Positions 20,588 to 28,780 of a stretch of 64,000 nt of DNA are shown here, one piece after another. Origin of the DNA: Candidatus Zixiibacteriota bacterium (GTDB taxonomy: Bacteria; Zixibacteria; MSB-5A5; GN15; FEB-12); NCBI GenBank assembly GCA_036826635.1, contig DAISVY010000006.1, forward strand, positions 14,554 through 78,553, in the 5' to 3' direction. A model generated the notes under the pieces. That model saw nothing but the letters and a program-made list of their open reading frames with translations, searched no databases and was not told the origin of the DNA. Position 1 is the first letter of the stretch. Each line of letters opens with the position of its first letter. Position numbers and translations under genes: made by a program.

Positions 20588-20649
20588 TCTTTACGGTAAC
20601 AGAACGAACTTGAATGGGCGGGCGTTATTGGTACTGATCAACGCCCTCG
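20525..20649. repeat. Left copy of a composite inverted duplication: block A 20525-20588 (last 20 codons plus stop of asnB) and block B 20619-20649 (hairpin-forming 31-mer)
   Basis: A is the exact reverse complement of 28661-28724 (64/64). B is the exact reverse complement of 28732-28762 (31/31). B contains its own stem, GGGCGTT...AACGCCC. Confidence 0.95.
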
Positions 20650-20934
20650 ACCGGCGGGACGGGCCTCATGATGTCGGCGATGTGGTGAACCGGGAACCAG
20701 GACCAGGGTTCGTACCACTGAACCAATCTCGATGCGGAAAACTGCGCTGTCGGACTCGAGGGTGAAGAAGCCGGTGTTGCTTGATTTTGACTGATACGCC
20801 GCATCGCCGGAGATCAGCGTCACCTTGACGGTTTGCTCGACCTGATCGGTAATGAATGAAAAGACCCTGCCGGGATAGTAACAAAAGGGGAAAGTCCCGC
20901 AATGAGACATCGAACCGTGGTTTCCCGAGCTCAC
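20638..20934 (-). CDS. Hypothetical small protein (doubtful), last ORF of the SPFH operon
   Basis: 98-aa ORF whose ATG overlaps the upstream stop (ATGA at 20931-20934). Its middle part looks beta-rich and protein-like. The Arg/His/Pro-rich C-terminus runs into repeat block B and looks non-native. Confidence 0.3.
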   Translation of the reverse strand: MSSGNHGSMSHCGTFPFCYYPGRVFSFITDQVEQTVKVTLISGDAAYQSKSSNTGFFTLESDSAVFRIEIGSVVRTLVLVPGSPHRRHHEARPAGRGR

Positions 20935-22499
20935 TCCAGCAGTGTCTTCTCGACCGTTACGGCGTTGAGAACGGAATCGACGTAGAAGTAGTTTTCCAAA
21001 CGAAAAGGAACATAGAAAAGACCAACCTCGACCGGGGTTAGATCAAAACCATTAAAATCGACATCATTGCCAAGTTTCAAACACTCGCGGGCGACAATCA
21101 TAGTGGCCCGGGCCGTGGCCTCGGCCAGGCTTACCTGCACCGGCATGAAGCGCTCATCCATAACTTCCACCGCGTGCGTTTGCAGTTGTGATTTGGCCGC
21201 TGTCATTCGTTTGGCCAGACGATGAACAGCTTCGAAATTCCCCGAACGCAGGGCCGGAATCGCCAGGTAGTCGGTCGGGTCCAGTATGCCCAGCAAAGTT
21301 GCGAAACGGGCTGTCTGTTCCGGCTGGAAACGCAGCAGCCAAAACGGCACGAACTTCGACGAACGATTGTCGCTGCTGTCGGCCAGTTCGATTTGCGGCA
21401 GGCGGTAATCGGATTTGTCGAGCACCTGTAAACAATGGCAGTTGTCACAGATGTAAACGTATGATTGCCTGGCCGGAAGATCCGCCCCGCAGTTGGTGCA
21501 GCGATGAAACCCGATCTTCAGCTCACCGAAAGTTATCTCCTGCGGCGTATCGCTCGGCGTGTCGGTGTCGATGTCAAGCGACGAGAGATCTTCAACCGTC
21601 CCGTCGGCAAGGGCGTTGTCGACAAAACTTGCATGCTCGTGCGAAGGAGGCGTCAAACCGATGGAAACGCCGATCTTGCCGAGGTTCACCGAGATTGTCG
21701 TTGCGCGTTCCGGCGGTGTCGACTCCTCTTTTTCGGATGTATCCGCCGATCCCAGCACTCGTCCGGTGAGGCCGTCGAGAGCGTAGCGCTGGTATGTTGG
21801 CGTGTACGTCTCGGCCAAAATGTACGGGAAGTAAAGCAACGAAAAGACCGGATTGAACAACCACGTGATGTTGGCGCCGAACTCCGGTTCGTTGATATTC
21901 TCCACCGTGGCCAGAGCAAGATTGATTTTCTGCTGGACTGTTTCCCATGGTCGGACAATCGGCAGGGCATCGAAATCGTCCTCGACATTATCCTGCATGA
22001 AGGGGACGATTTTGATCGTCTCGGAACGCATGCCCAGTGAGTCCGGCACGCTGGGCATGGGCGAACCGGCCGCGACCGTCACGGAATAGGGTGTTATGCT
22101 TATTTTACTCCTGGGGTTCGTGGCCACGTGTTCTTCGCAGGCACCGTTGTAATACGTGAGATAAGAAGTTTTCTCCATCCGGTTGCGCAACTTGAGAAGA
22201 GTAGCATCGCACTTCCAATAGGGATAGTACAGTTTCTTGGTCATGAGCGACGAGCCACTCAACGGCTGGTTGTTCGTCTTGAGGTACCGATCCAGGTAGA
22301 AGCGCACCTGCATTTCGGGTATGCCGCTTCGGATCAGGTATGCCACGGGCGTGTCCGGGAGCAGCACGCGCAGGTTGGAACCGCAAAACTTGCAGGTGGT
22401 CACGAAGAAATCATCATCGAGCCGAACCTCGCCGCCGCAGCCGGGGCATCCCACCCCGATATAGAAACCGCTCTTAGTTTTCGTCGGTTGTATCACCAT
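20931..22499 (-). CDS. Hypothetical protein with two zinc-ribbon modules (internally duplicated architecture)
   Basis: 522 aa. The N-terminal half has CPGCGG...CKFCGS followed by YYPYWKC. The C-terminal half has CTNCGA...CDNCHC followed by FVPFWLLRF and [13 protein letters not shown]. It overlaps the upstream SPFH gene by 26 nt, which suggests translational coupling. Confidence 0.6.
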   Translation of the reverse strand: MVIQPTKTKSGFYIGVGCPGCGGEVRLDDDFFVTTCKFCGSNLRVLLPDTPVAYLIRSGIPEMQVRFYLDRYLKTNNQPLSGSSLMTKKLYYPYWKCDATLLKLRNRMEKTSYLTYYNGACEEHVATNPRSKISITPYSVTVAAGSPMPSVPDSLGMRSETIKIVPFMQDNVEDDFDALPIVRPWETVQQKINLALATVENINEPEFGANITWLFNPVFSLLYFPYILAETYTPTYQRYALDGLTGRVLGSADTSEKEESTPPERATTISVNLGKIGVSIGLTPPSHEHASFVDNALADGTVEDLSSLDIDTDTPSDTPQEITFGELKIGFHRCTNCGADLPARQSYVYICDNCHCLQVLDKSDYRLPQIELADSSDNRSSKFVPFWLLRFQPEQTARFATLLGILDPTDYLAIPALRSGNFEAVHRLAKRMTAAKSQLQTHAVEVMDERFMPVQVSLAEATARATMIVARECLKLGNDVDFNGFDLTPVEVGLFYVPFRLENYFYVDSVLNAVTVEKTLLE

Positions 22500-23607
22500 C
22501 GACCCTCTTGCCGCACTCGCCGCAGAACTTGGAGCCCGGAATCAGCTCGGCCGAGCAATGCGGACAACGCGGTTTGGAATCGAGCCGGTAACCGCAATAC
22601 ATGCAGAAATTGGCCTCGGTCGGCAGCGGCTGATTGCACGAAGGGCAGACGTTCTGAGCGACCATCTGATGTCCGCAGCGATAGCAATAGCGCGATTGTT
22701 CCGGTGTTTCGCTGTGACATTTGGGACAGGTGACGGTTGCCACCGGTTCGCGCTTGAGTTCGGTTTGCTCCGGCGAAAAAACTTTGTTGAGCATGCCGGG
22801 CATCATGACACCCACCCCGGCCGCCATGCCCATACCGGACCCGGCCGCCGCGGCCCCGCCGGGCGCACCCAGCCCCCTGGCCATTTCGAATTTCAGGAAC
22901 TTGTCCAGATCACCCACCGCTTCCAGCCCGGAACGCTGGTCGATCATTTTGGAAACTTCCTCCGGAGGTGTTATCGAAGAGATGAAGAAATCAACCAGTT
23001 CCAGACCATACTTGTCGAACTCAACTTCCACCGTCTTCTTGAATTTTCCGGCCAGTTCGGTGTAGATGGCGGGAAGGTCCAGCATGGTATCGAGATCTTC
23101 ACCCAGCAGGTCATTCATGCGGGCGATGATGACGTCGCGAAGGTAATCCTGAATCTCCGACGTGGTATAGCGCGCCTGACGGCCGACGATCGTATTCAGG
23201 AACAACACCGGCTCTTTGATACGCATGGTGAAAGCGCCGTGGCCGCGCAGTCTGATCATACCCAGCTTGCTGTCTTTGAATGTAACCGGGTGTTTGGTCC
23301 CCCATTTGAGATCGGTGAAGACTTTCAGGTTAACGAAATATACCTCCGCCCGGAACGGCGAGTTGAACCCGAAAGGAAAGGCCAGCAACCGGGTCAGGAT
23401 CGGGACGTTCATCGTCGAGAGCGTATGTCGTCCGGTGCTGAACGAATCGGCGGCGTGACCATCCTTGAAAAACATGGCCATCTGGCTGTCGCGGACGATC
23501 AATTGAGCACCCAGCTTGAAATCGGCCGAGCCCTCCTGCGGAATCCGGTATATCATCTCGTTACCGGTCGGGTCAAGCCATTCAATTACCTCAATAAGCA
23601 GCGCCAT
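22474..23607 (-). CDS. SPFH/Band-7 domain protein of the YdjI type (COG4260) with a C-terminal triple zinc ribbon
   Basis: 377 aa. The N-terminus [19 protein letters not shown]...[18 protein letters not shown]...[15 protein letters not shown] matches my recollection of B. subtilis YdjI. A Gly/Ala/Met-rich linker follows, and then CPKC..CYRCG, CPSC..CMYCG and CPHC..CGECG. Confidence 0.8.
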   Translation of the reverse strand: MALLIEVIEWLDPTGNEMIYRIPQEGSADFKLGAQLIVRDSQMAMFFKDGHAADSFSTGRHTLSTMNVPILTRLLAFPFGFNSPFRAEVYFVNLKVFTDLKWGTKHPVTFKDSKLGMIRLRGHGAFTMRIKEPVLFLNTIVGRQARYTTSEIQDYLRDVIIARMNDLLGEDLDTMLDLPAIYTELAGKFKKTVEVEFDKYGLELVDFFISSITPPEEVSKMIDQRSGLEAVGDLDKFLKFEMARGLGAPGGAAAAGSGMGMAAGVGVMMPGMLNKVFSPEQTELKREPVATVTCPKCHSETPEQSRYCYRCGHQMVAQNVCPSCNQPLPTEANFCMYCGYRLDSKPRCPHCSAELIPGSKFCGECGKRVDGDTTDEN

Positions 23608-23772
23608 ATCGTCTCCTCAAATCATGGGGAAGTGCTTGTTATACTATACTTTCGTCAGATGCACGGATTACCTTACCGCCAATACCTCAGCCCCAACGGC
23701 GAAACCGCTTGCCAAGCCTTAAGCTCGAACGTAACATGATTTCCGAAACCAACTTCCACCGGAACTGTTATA

Positions 23773-24378
23773 GTGTCCAACGGATCGAAAAATACAAAGG
23801 CTGATACTATTAGCCCGGAGAAAGACCTGATAATGGAAAAAATATACCGAAACCTGCTCGAGGCGCTCGGCGAAGATACCGGTCGCGAAGGGCTCCTTTC
23901 CACTCCGAAACGCGCCGCCAGGGCAATGAAATTTCTTACCCAGGGTTACGAGCAGAACGTCGATGAAGTTATCAATAATGCTTACTTCCACGCCGATACC
24001 GACGACATAATAATGGTCAGGGACATCGAGCTCTATTCCCTGTGCGAACACCACCTCCTGCCGTTCATCGGTAAGTGTCATGTGGGCTATATACCGAAAG
24101 AGAAAATTCTCGGGTTGTCCAAAGTCGCCCGCGTGGTGGACGTATACGCCCGCCGTTTGCAAATTCAGGAACGTCTGACCCGACAGATCGCCGACGTTTT
24201 GATGACCCGTCTCGATGCGGCCGGGGTGGGCGTGGTGATCGAAGCGCAGCACCTCTGTATGATGATGCGGGGCGTGCAGAAACAGAACTCCGTCATGGTG
24301 ACTTCCTGTTTGCTCGGCACTTTCCGCAAGAACGCCGACACGCGCGCCGAATTCCTTAACCTTATAAAAAAGAAATAG
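23773..24378 (+). CDS. folE: GTP cyclohydrolase I
   Basis: The protein contains [30 protein letters not shown] and [13 protein letters not shown] motifs. An alternative start at ATG 23833 (MEKIYRNL), preceded by GGAGAAAG, is equally plausible. Confidence 0.9.
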   Translation: MSNGSKNTKADTISPEKDLIMEKIYRNLLEALGEDTGREGLLSTPKRAARAMKFLTQGYEQNVDEVINNAYFHADTDDIIMVRDIELYSLCEHHLLPFIGKCHVGYIPKEKILGLSKVARVVDVYARRLQIQERLTRQIADVLMTRLDAAGVGVVIEAQHLCMMMRGVQKQNSVMVTSCLLGTFRKNADTRAEFLNLIKKK

Positions 24379-24383
24379 CCCGC

Positions 24384-25604
24384 ATGTACCTCACGATCAG
24401 CAAGCGTTTCGACATGTCATCCGCGGCCCGGCTGTTTTGCCCCGACTGGGACGAGGATAAAAATCTGGCCGTGTACGGTCCGGGTTGTCGGGGTGAGCAT
24501 GGTCACGGGTACAATTTCGTCGCACGTTTCGTTTTCCACGGTCCGATTGACGAAAAAACCGGCATGATGCTCAACGTGCGGGTGATAAAGGAACGGGCCG
24601 GGAAGATTATCGATGGCCGGTACGATCACAAGTATCTCAATGTCGACACGCCGCCGTTTACCGATCTTGTCCCGACGCCCGAAAATCTGGCCGTGCAATT
24701 GCTCGCGGAGATAACGCCTTTGTTCGACGATCAACCGGCCCGCCCGGTTATCTGTCACTTTCAGGATTCACACAACAGCGCCGCCACCGCCTACACCGAC
24801 GGTCATGTGGATCGCAATTTCTGGCTGGATATGTCGGCGGCCCGACGGACTTTCTCACCGCACCTTTCGGACGAAGAGAACGAAGCTCTTTTCGGTATTG
24901 CCTCGGCGGCCAGCGGGCACGGTCATAACTACCGCCTGCGCGTTACGCTGAGCGGCCGGGCCGATCCTTCCAGCGGGCTGATAGTCCCCTACGAACAAAG
25001 CAGCCGTGCTTTGAAGATGATCCACGACGAGTTGGACCATAAGAACCTCAACACCGACGTGCCGGGTCTGAAAGGCCTGCCCATGACCACCGAGACCCTG
25101 ACTCGCTATATTGCCCAGCGCCTCGGCGGTGATATTCCGGTCAGTCGCGTTAAGCTTTATGAATTGCCTCATTTCTTCTCGGAGTACACGGTCGGGGGGA
25201 AATTTCTCATGGGCGTAACCGACTATTTCCACGCCGCTCACCGGCTGCATTCGCCGTATCTGAACGACGAAGAGAATTGCCAAGTGTACGGCATCTGCAA
25301 CAATCCCAACGGTCACGGTCACGAATACAAGTGCGAGGCAACTATCGGGGGAGAATACGACGAACGCAGCGGGACGCTTTATGATCTGGCCGAATTTCAA
25401 AACGCCATCAGACGGTCACTGGCCTTGTGGGACTATAAACACCTGGAACTGGACACCGACGATTTCACCGACACGCCGTCAACCGGCGAGAACATCATTA
25501 CCCGACTGTGGCCGCGGCTCGACGAACAACTTGACAACCGGCTGCACCGACTGCGCCTGTGGGAAACACCCAACAACCGTTTCGCGCTGCGACGCTCAAA
25601 ATAG
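24384..25604 (+). CDS. Triple-domain 6-pyruvoyl-tetrahydropterin synthase / QueD-family fusion
   Basis: 406 aa made of three consecutive PTPS-like modules of about 130 aa. Module 1 has CRGEHGHGY (Cx3HGH, QueD-like) and DHKYLN. Module 2 has SGHGHNY and DHKNLN. Module 3 has FHAAHRLH and the classical CNNPNGHGHEY signature. Confidence 0.85.
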   Translation: MYLTISKRFDMSSAARLFCPDWDEDKNLAVYGPGCRGEHGHGYNFVARFVFHGPIDEKTGMMLNVRVIKERAGKIIDGRYDHKYLNVDTPPFTDLVPTPENLAVQLLAEITPLFDDQPARPVICHFQDSHNSAATAYTDGHVDRNFWLDMSAARRTFSPHLSDEENEALFGIASAASGHGHNYRLRVTLSGRADPSSGLIVPYEQSSRALKMIHDELDHKNLNTDVPGLKGLPMTTETLTRYIAQRLGGDIPVSRVKLYELPHFFSEYTVGGKFLMGVTDYFHAAHRLHSPYLNDEENCQVYGICNNPNGHGHEYKCEATIGGEYDERSGTLYDLAEFQNAIRRSLALWDYKHLELDTDDFTDTPSTGENIITRLWPRLDEQLDNRLHRLRLWETPNNRFALRRSK

Positions 25605-25615
25605 GAAACCGCATT

Positions 25616-26308
25616 ATGGAACGCTGTCTTATCACCGGAGCCACCAGAGGTATGGGGCGCGCCATCGCTCTTCGGCTGGCCGGGCCGGACAAAGAACTGC
25701 TCCTGCACGGACGTAATCGGGAAGCGTTAGAGCAGGTCCGTGCCGAGGTAGAAAACGCCGGGGCCAAAGCCCGTGTATTGCTGTGCGATTTGAGCAATCC
25801 CGCCGAAATCGAAACGATGATTGACGCTATCGGTACCGAGCCGTTGCGGGCGATAATCAACAACGCCGGTATCGCCATTGTCAAACCGCTGGGTGAATTG
25901 TCGCTGCGGGAATGGCAGGATTCGTTCGCGGTGAATGTCACGGCCCCGTTCCTCTTGATTCAGAAGCTCAGTGCCCTGATGGAAAAAGGCGCCGGTGTGG
26001 TTAATATCCTCTCGGTGGCGGCTCGTACCGGTTTCCCCGGCTGGAGCAGCTATTGTATGAGTAAGTTCGCTCTGGAAGGTTTCACGCGGGCGGTGCGCGA
26101 GGAATTGCGCCCCCGGGGTATTCGTGTTATCAATATCTACCCATCGGCCACCAATACCGATCTGTGGAATGAAATCGAAGGTGACTGGCCGCGCGATAAG
26201 ATGCTCTCGCCCGATGAAGTCGCCGAAGCTGTCGTCTATGCTCTCACTCGTCCCGACTCGGTGCTGGTAGAGGACATCTCCCTCGGCAATCTCTCCGGCA
26301 CGCTGTAG
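25616..26308 (+). CDS. Short-chain dehydrogenase/reductase (possible sepiapterin/pterin reductase role by context)
   Basis: It has the TGATRGMGRAIA Rossmann motif, NNAG, and the catalytic YCMSK (YxxxK). I chose the start at 25616 (MERCLITG), which follows an AGGAA RBS directly after the PTPS stop. Confidence 0.85.
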   Translation: MERCLITGATRGMGRAIALRLAGPDKELLLHGRNREALEQVRAEVENAGAKARVLLCDLSNPAEIETMIDAIGTEPLRAIINNAGIAIVKPLGELSLREWQDSFAVNVTAPFLLIQKLSALMEKGAGVVNILSVAARTGFPGWSSYCMSKFALEGFTRAVREELRPRGIRVINIYPSATNTDLWNEIEGDWPRDKMLSPDEVAEAVVYALTRPDSVLVEDISLGNLSGTL

Positions 26309-26338
26309 GCCGGCCCTGCCGGGTTATCTTGTCCCCTT

Positions 26339-26992
26339 CTATATTTCTTCTTCGAGCGAGGTACCAAGATCCTTCTGGATCCATGCACTATTAGCGTATT
26401 CCAAAATCACATGGTAATTAGTGGATTTGATAATTCCTCGGCCTATCTGAAAAAGTGTCACAATGACTCTGATCCTATCACCACTGTTCTCATCATCCCA
26501 CACGGTCTCTAAATATGTGTCTTTCGAAAGCGGGGCTCCGAAATCGGTTGGCGTTACTTGGTTGCGAGTAGGTTCTCCATATTTCTTCTTGAGAACATCT
26601 GTTAACTTTTGATAATACGACCACATCTTGTTGATAGTCTCAGACTCGTCACCAGTAATTATGCGAAAATGGTATTGAAAAACTGAAAGCGCACCATCTT
26701 CATCGAAAACAGCAAGGATTTCATCTGCTTCTTCGCCCAATAGTTTGACTTTTTCAATCTCGGCATAACGATAGCCTTCAGGAAGTTCGTGAACCGGGTA
26801 GAACGTGTGCGTCTTGTGATCCTTGCTCAGTTTCTTGATCTTGGCTTTTTCTCCCTTAGACGGGTTTTCTAACTTGTTTCTTACTTCATCATACGTCATT
26901 CCCCAACTTAGCCCTTTTGGAGGATTGAATGCCAGAGTGTTTGAAGCTAGCAGCATGCATGCTAATGTCAGAAATATTCGTTTCATAAGCAC
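26339..26992 (-). CDS. Hypothetical secreted protein (AT-richer islet)
   Basis: 217 aa with an N-terminal signal peptide (MLMKRIFLTLACMLLASNTLA). I recognised no family. The codon usage is visibly AT-richer than in neighbouring genes. Confidence 0.55.
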   Translation of the reverse strand: MLMKRIFLTLACMLLASNTLAFNPPKGLSWGMTYDEVRNKLENPSKGEKAKIKKLSKDHKTHTFYPVHELPEGYRYAEIEKVKLLGEEADEILAVFDEDGALSVFQYHFRIITGDESETINKMWSYYQKLTDVLKKKYGEPTRNQVTPTDFGAPLSKDTYLETVWDDENSGDRIRVIVTLFQIGRGIIKSTNYHVILEYANSAWIQKDLGTSLEEEI

Positions 26993-27270
26993 TCCCGGAA
27001 AAAGCTCTGTTTATTATTATTGATTGAATCAAAGTTAACAACAATGGATATACATGTCAAGTATTACGCTTACGATATGGAGCAATCACACGGCAGAGTC
27101 CCTTGATGATCCTTCTCTCCGTCAACGCTAATATAGCGGTTTTAGCTTGATTTTTTCTGAAACTGGGCTTAAGATGAGAAATAGACCAACAAAGGTAAGA
27201 TCATTTTTTAACAAAAGACATCATTTCGTTGACAGTCAACCTGGACACCAGTGGATGAAAGGAGCACGCC

Positions 27271-27909
27271 ATGAAAAACATTGACAATAGAGGCTTGTAT
27301 CGAAAAGCTGCCTGCTGGGAAGTGCTTTGCATACTCAGTCTGGTAGTTGGCTTTCTTCCAATGAGTTCGTTTGCTCAGGTTGGTGGGAGCGAACCTCTCA
27401 TCAAGTATGCTCAAAGGCAGGCGGGGAGAACTTTTGACGAAAAGTGGTCTTGGTCTTTTGGCGATGCGTTGATGTTACTCAAAGAGAATAACGGAATTAA
27501 AACCGGGGCGATTCTTCCGATCAGGATCAGCACATGGAGTTTCCCCATTACATTAGTGCGGCTCAACTCGGACGATTCTCAGAACGTCCGTATTGAGCCA
27601 ATTCTGTCTGTGGGACTTGGATATGTTTGGATCAGTGGATTGAGCACCATAGACGCGAAAAATGAAAGCATAATAATCTATCCCAGTAGCACTATAGGAA
27701 TTGCAGCCAGTTTAGGAGTCATTAACAAAGTTGATGGCTCCGCAGGAACTGAAGGAAGTCTAACTCTAACCGGTGTCATTGGACTCCGCTCAATGTTAAT
27801 TTCTTTTGGTTACGATTTCTTGTCCGAATCCCCGGTAGTTGGAATGGGCTTCTGTGTTAATCTCTTTACGCTGTCAAAAAACGCCTACCGAATCTCTGGA
27901 ATCGATTGA
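27271..27909 (+). CDS. Hypothetical exported/possibly beta-barrel protein (AT-richer islet)
   Basis: 212 aa. It has a hydrophobic signal-like segment ending SSFAQ and alternating beta-strand-like segments. I recognised no family. Confidence 0.5.
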   Translation: MKNIDNRGLYRKAACWEVLCILSLVVGFLPMSSFAQVGGSEPLIKYAQRQAGRTFDEKWSWSFGDALMLLKENNGIKTGAILPIRISTWSFPITLVRLNSDDSQNVRIEPILSVGLGYVWISGLSTIDAKNESIIIYPSSTIGIAASLGVINKVDGSAGTEGSLTLTGVIGLRSMLISFGYDFLSESPVVGMGFCVNLFTLSKNAYRISGID

Positions 27910-27989
27910 CTCTTAGCTAAGCTTCCCTGTCAAGCAAGCTTAGAACAGAACCCCTCGGCGGTTTTGCTCTACGTCAACTCTGTTGGTAA

Positions 27990-28649
27990 TCATTTCTTCG
28001 TGTTGTACGTTACACCCCAACTCTTCTCACCTGGTCGCTCAATGTATTTGACATTATCCGCGATGTCCCTGAGGACATTCTTGACTTCCTCTTCTGTGGG
28101 GAAGTTCTTCACGATCTCAAATGAGCGACCGTCCGGCAAAGAGCGTTGCTCTAAAGTATTGCCGTCAGGATCTTGCCTCCTGGCCTGCCCTTCATAAGGC
28201 AGTTGATCGACAAACAGCACAAGAGCTCCGGGCGCGAGCCTGCTGTGCAACACGGAGAGAAACGGCCGAATCTGCGCTTTTGGTATGTGAGACCACCACC
28301 AGATCCCCAGGGCAGCGCTGAACCCCGTTCGAACCCCGTCGAGGGTGTATGCGTCGGTTGTCTCGAATTGGACGTTGGACAGATGCTTGCACCTGTCCTT
28401 TGCAATCGAGACGAGCGATGAGTTAATGTCCGTTGCGAGCACTGAGTTTGCTACTTCGCCGATGACTTGTGTCCAGTACCCTGACCCGCAAGCAATCTCA
28501 AGCACATCATGTCCACTGAACATCTCTCGGTACCGTGCCTTGATAGGGACACGAAGCTGTTCTGCCTCCGGATCGGTGTAGCCTGCCGTCTCGTCGTAAA
28601 CAAGGGCTCGGGCTGCATAGTATTCGGTTATATTGTTAACCAATGACAT
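27990..28649 (-). CDS. Class I SAM-dependent methyltransferase
   Basis: 219 aa with the motif I sequence [12 protein letters not shown] and an acidic residue after beta-2 (LATDIN). The substrate is unknown. Confidence 0.8.
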   Translation of the reverse strand: MSLVNNITEYYAARALVYDETAGYTDPEAEQLRVPIKARYREMFSGHDVLEIACGSGYWTQVIGEVANSVLATDINSSLVSIAKDRCKHLSNVQFETTDAYTLDGVRTGFSAALGIWWWSHIPKAQIRPFLSVLHSRLAPGALVLFVDQLPYEGQARRQDPDGNTLEQRSLPDGRSFEIVKNFPTEEEVKNVLRDIADNVKYIERPGEKSWGVTYNTKK

Positions 28650-28660
28650 GATTCAATAAA

Positions 28661-28762
28661 ATTACGCTTTCACCGCCGAGGAAGAACAGTCTTCCCAGAC
28701 CGTGAAATCTTTGCGCTCCGCCGGCCCTGGCCGAGGGCGTTGATCAGTACCAATAACGCCCG
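28661..28762. repeat. Right copy of the composite inverted duplication: A' 28661-28724 and B' 28732-28762
   Basis: These are exact reverse complements of 20525-20588 and 20619-20649. The A-B spacer is 7 nt here versus 30 nt on the left. A' ends 11 nt upstream of the methyltransferase ATG, and B' lies 18 nt downstream of the stop of the 28781..31171 gene. Confidence 0.95.
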
Positions 28763-28780
28763 TCAGTTTCAACAACCCGC

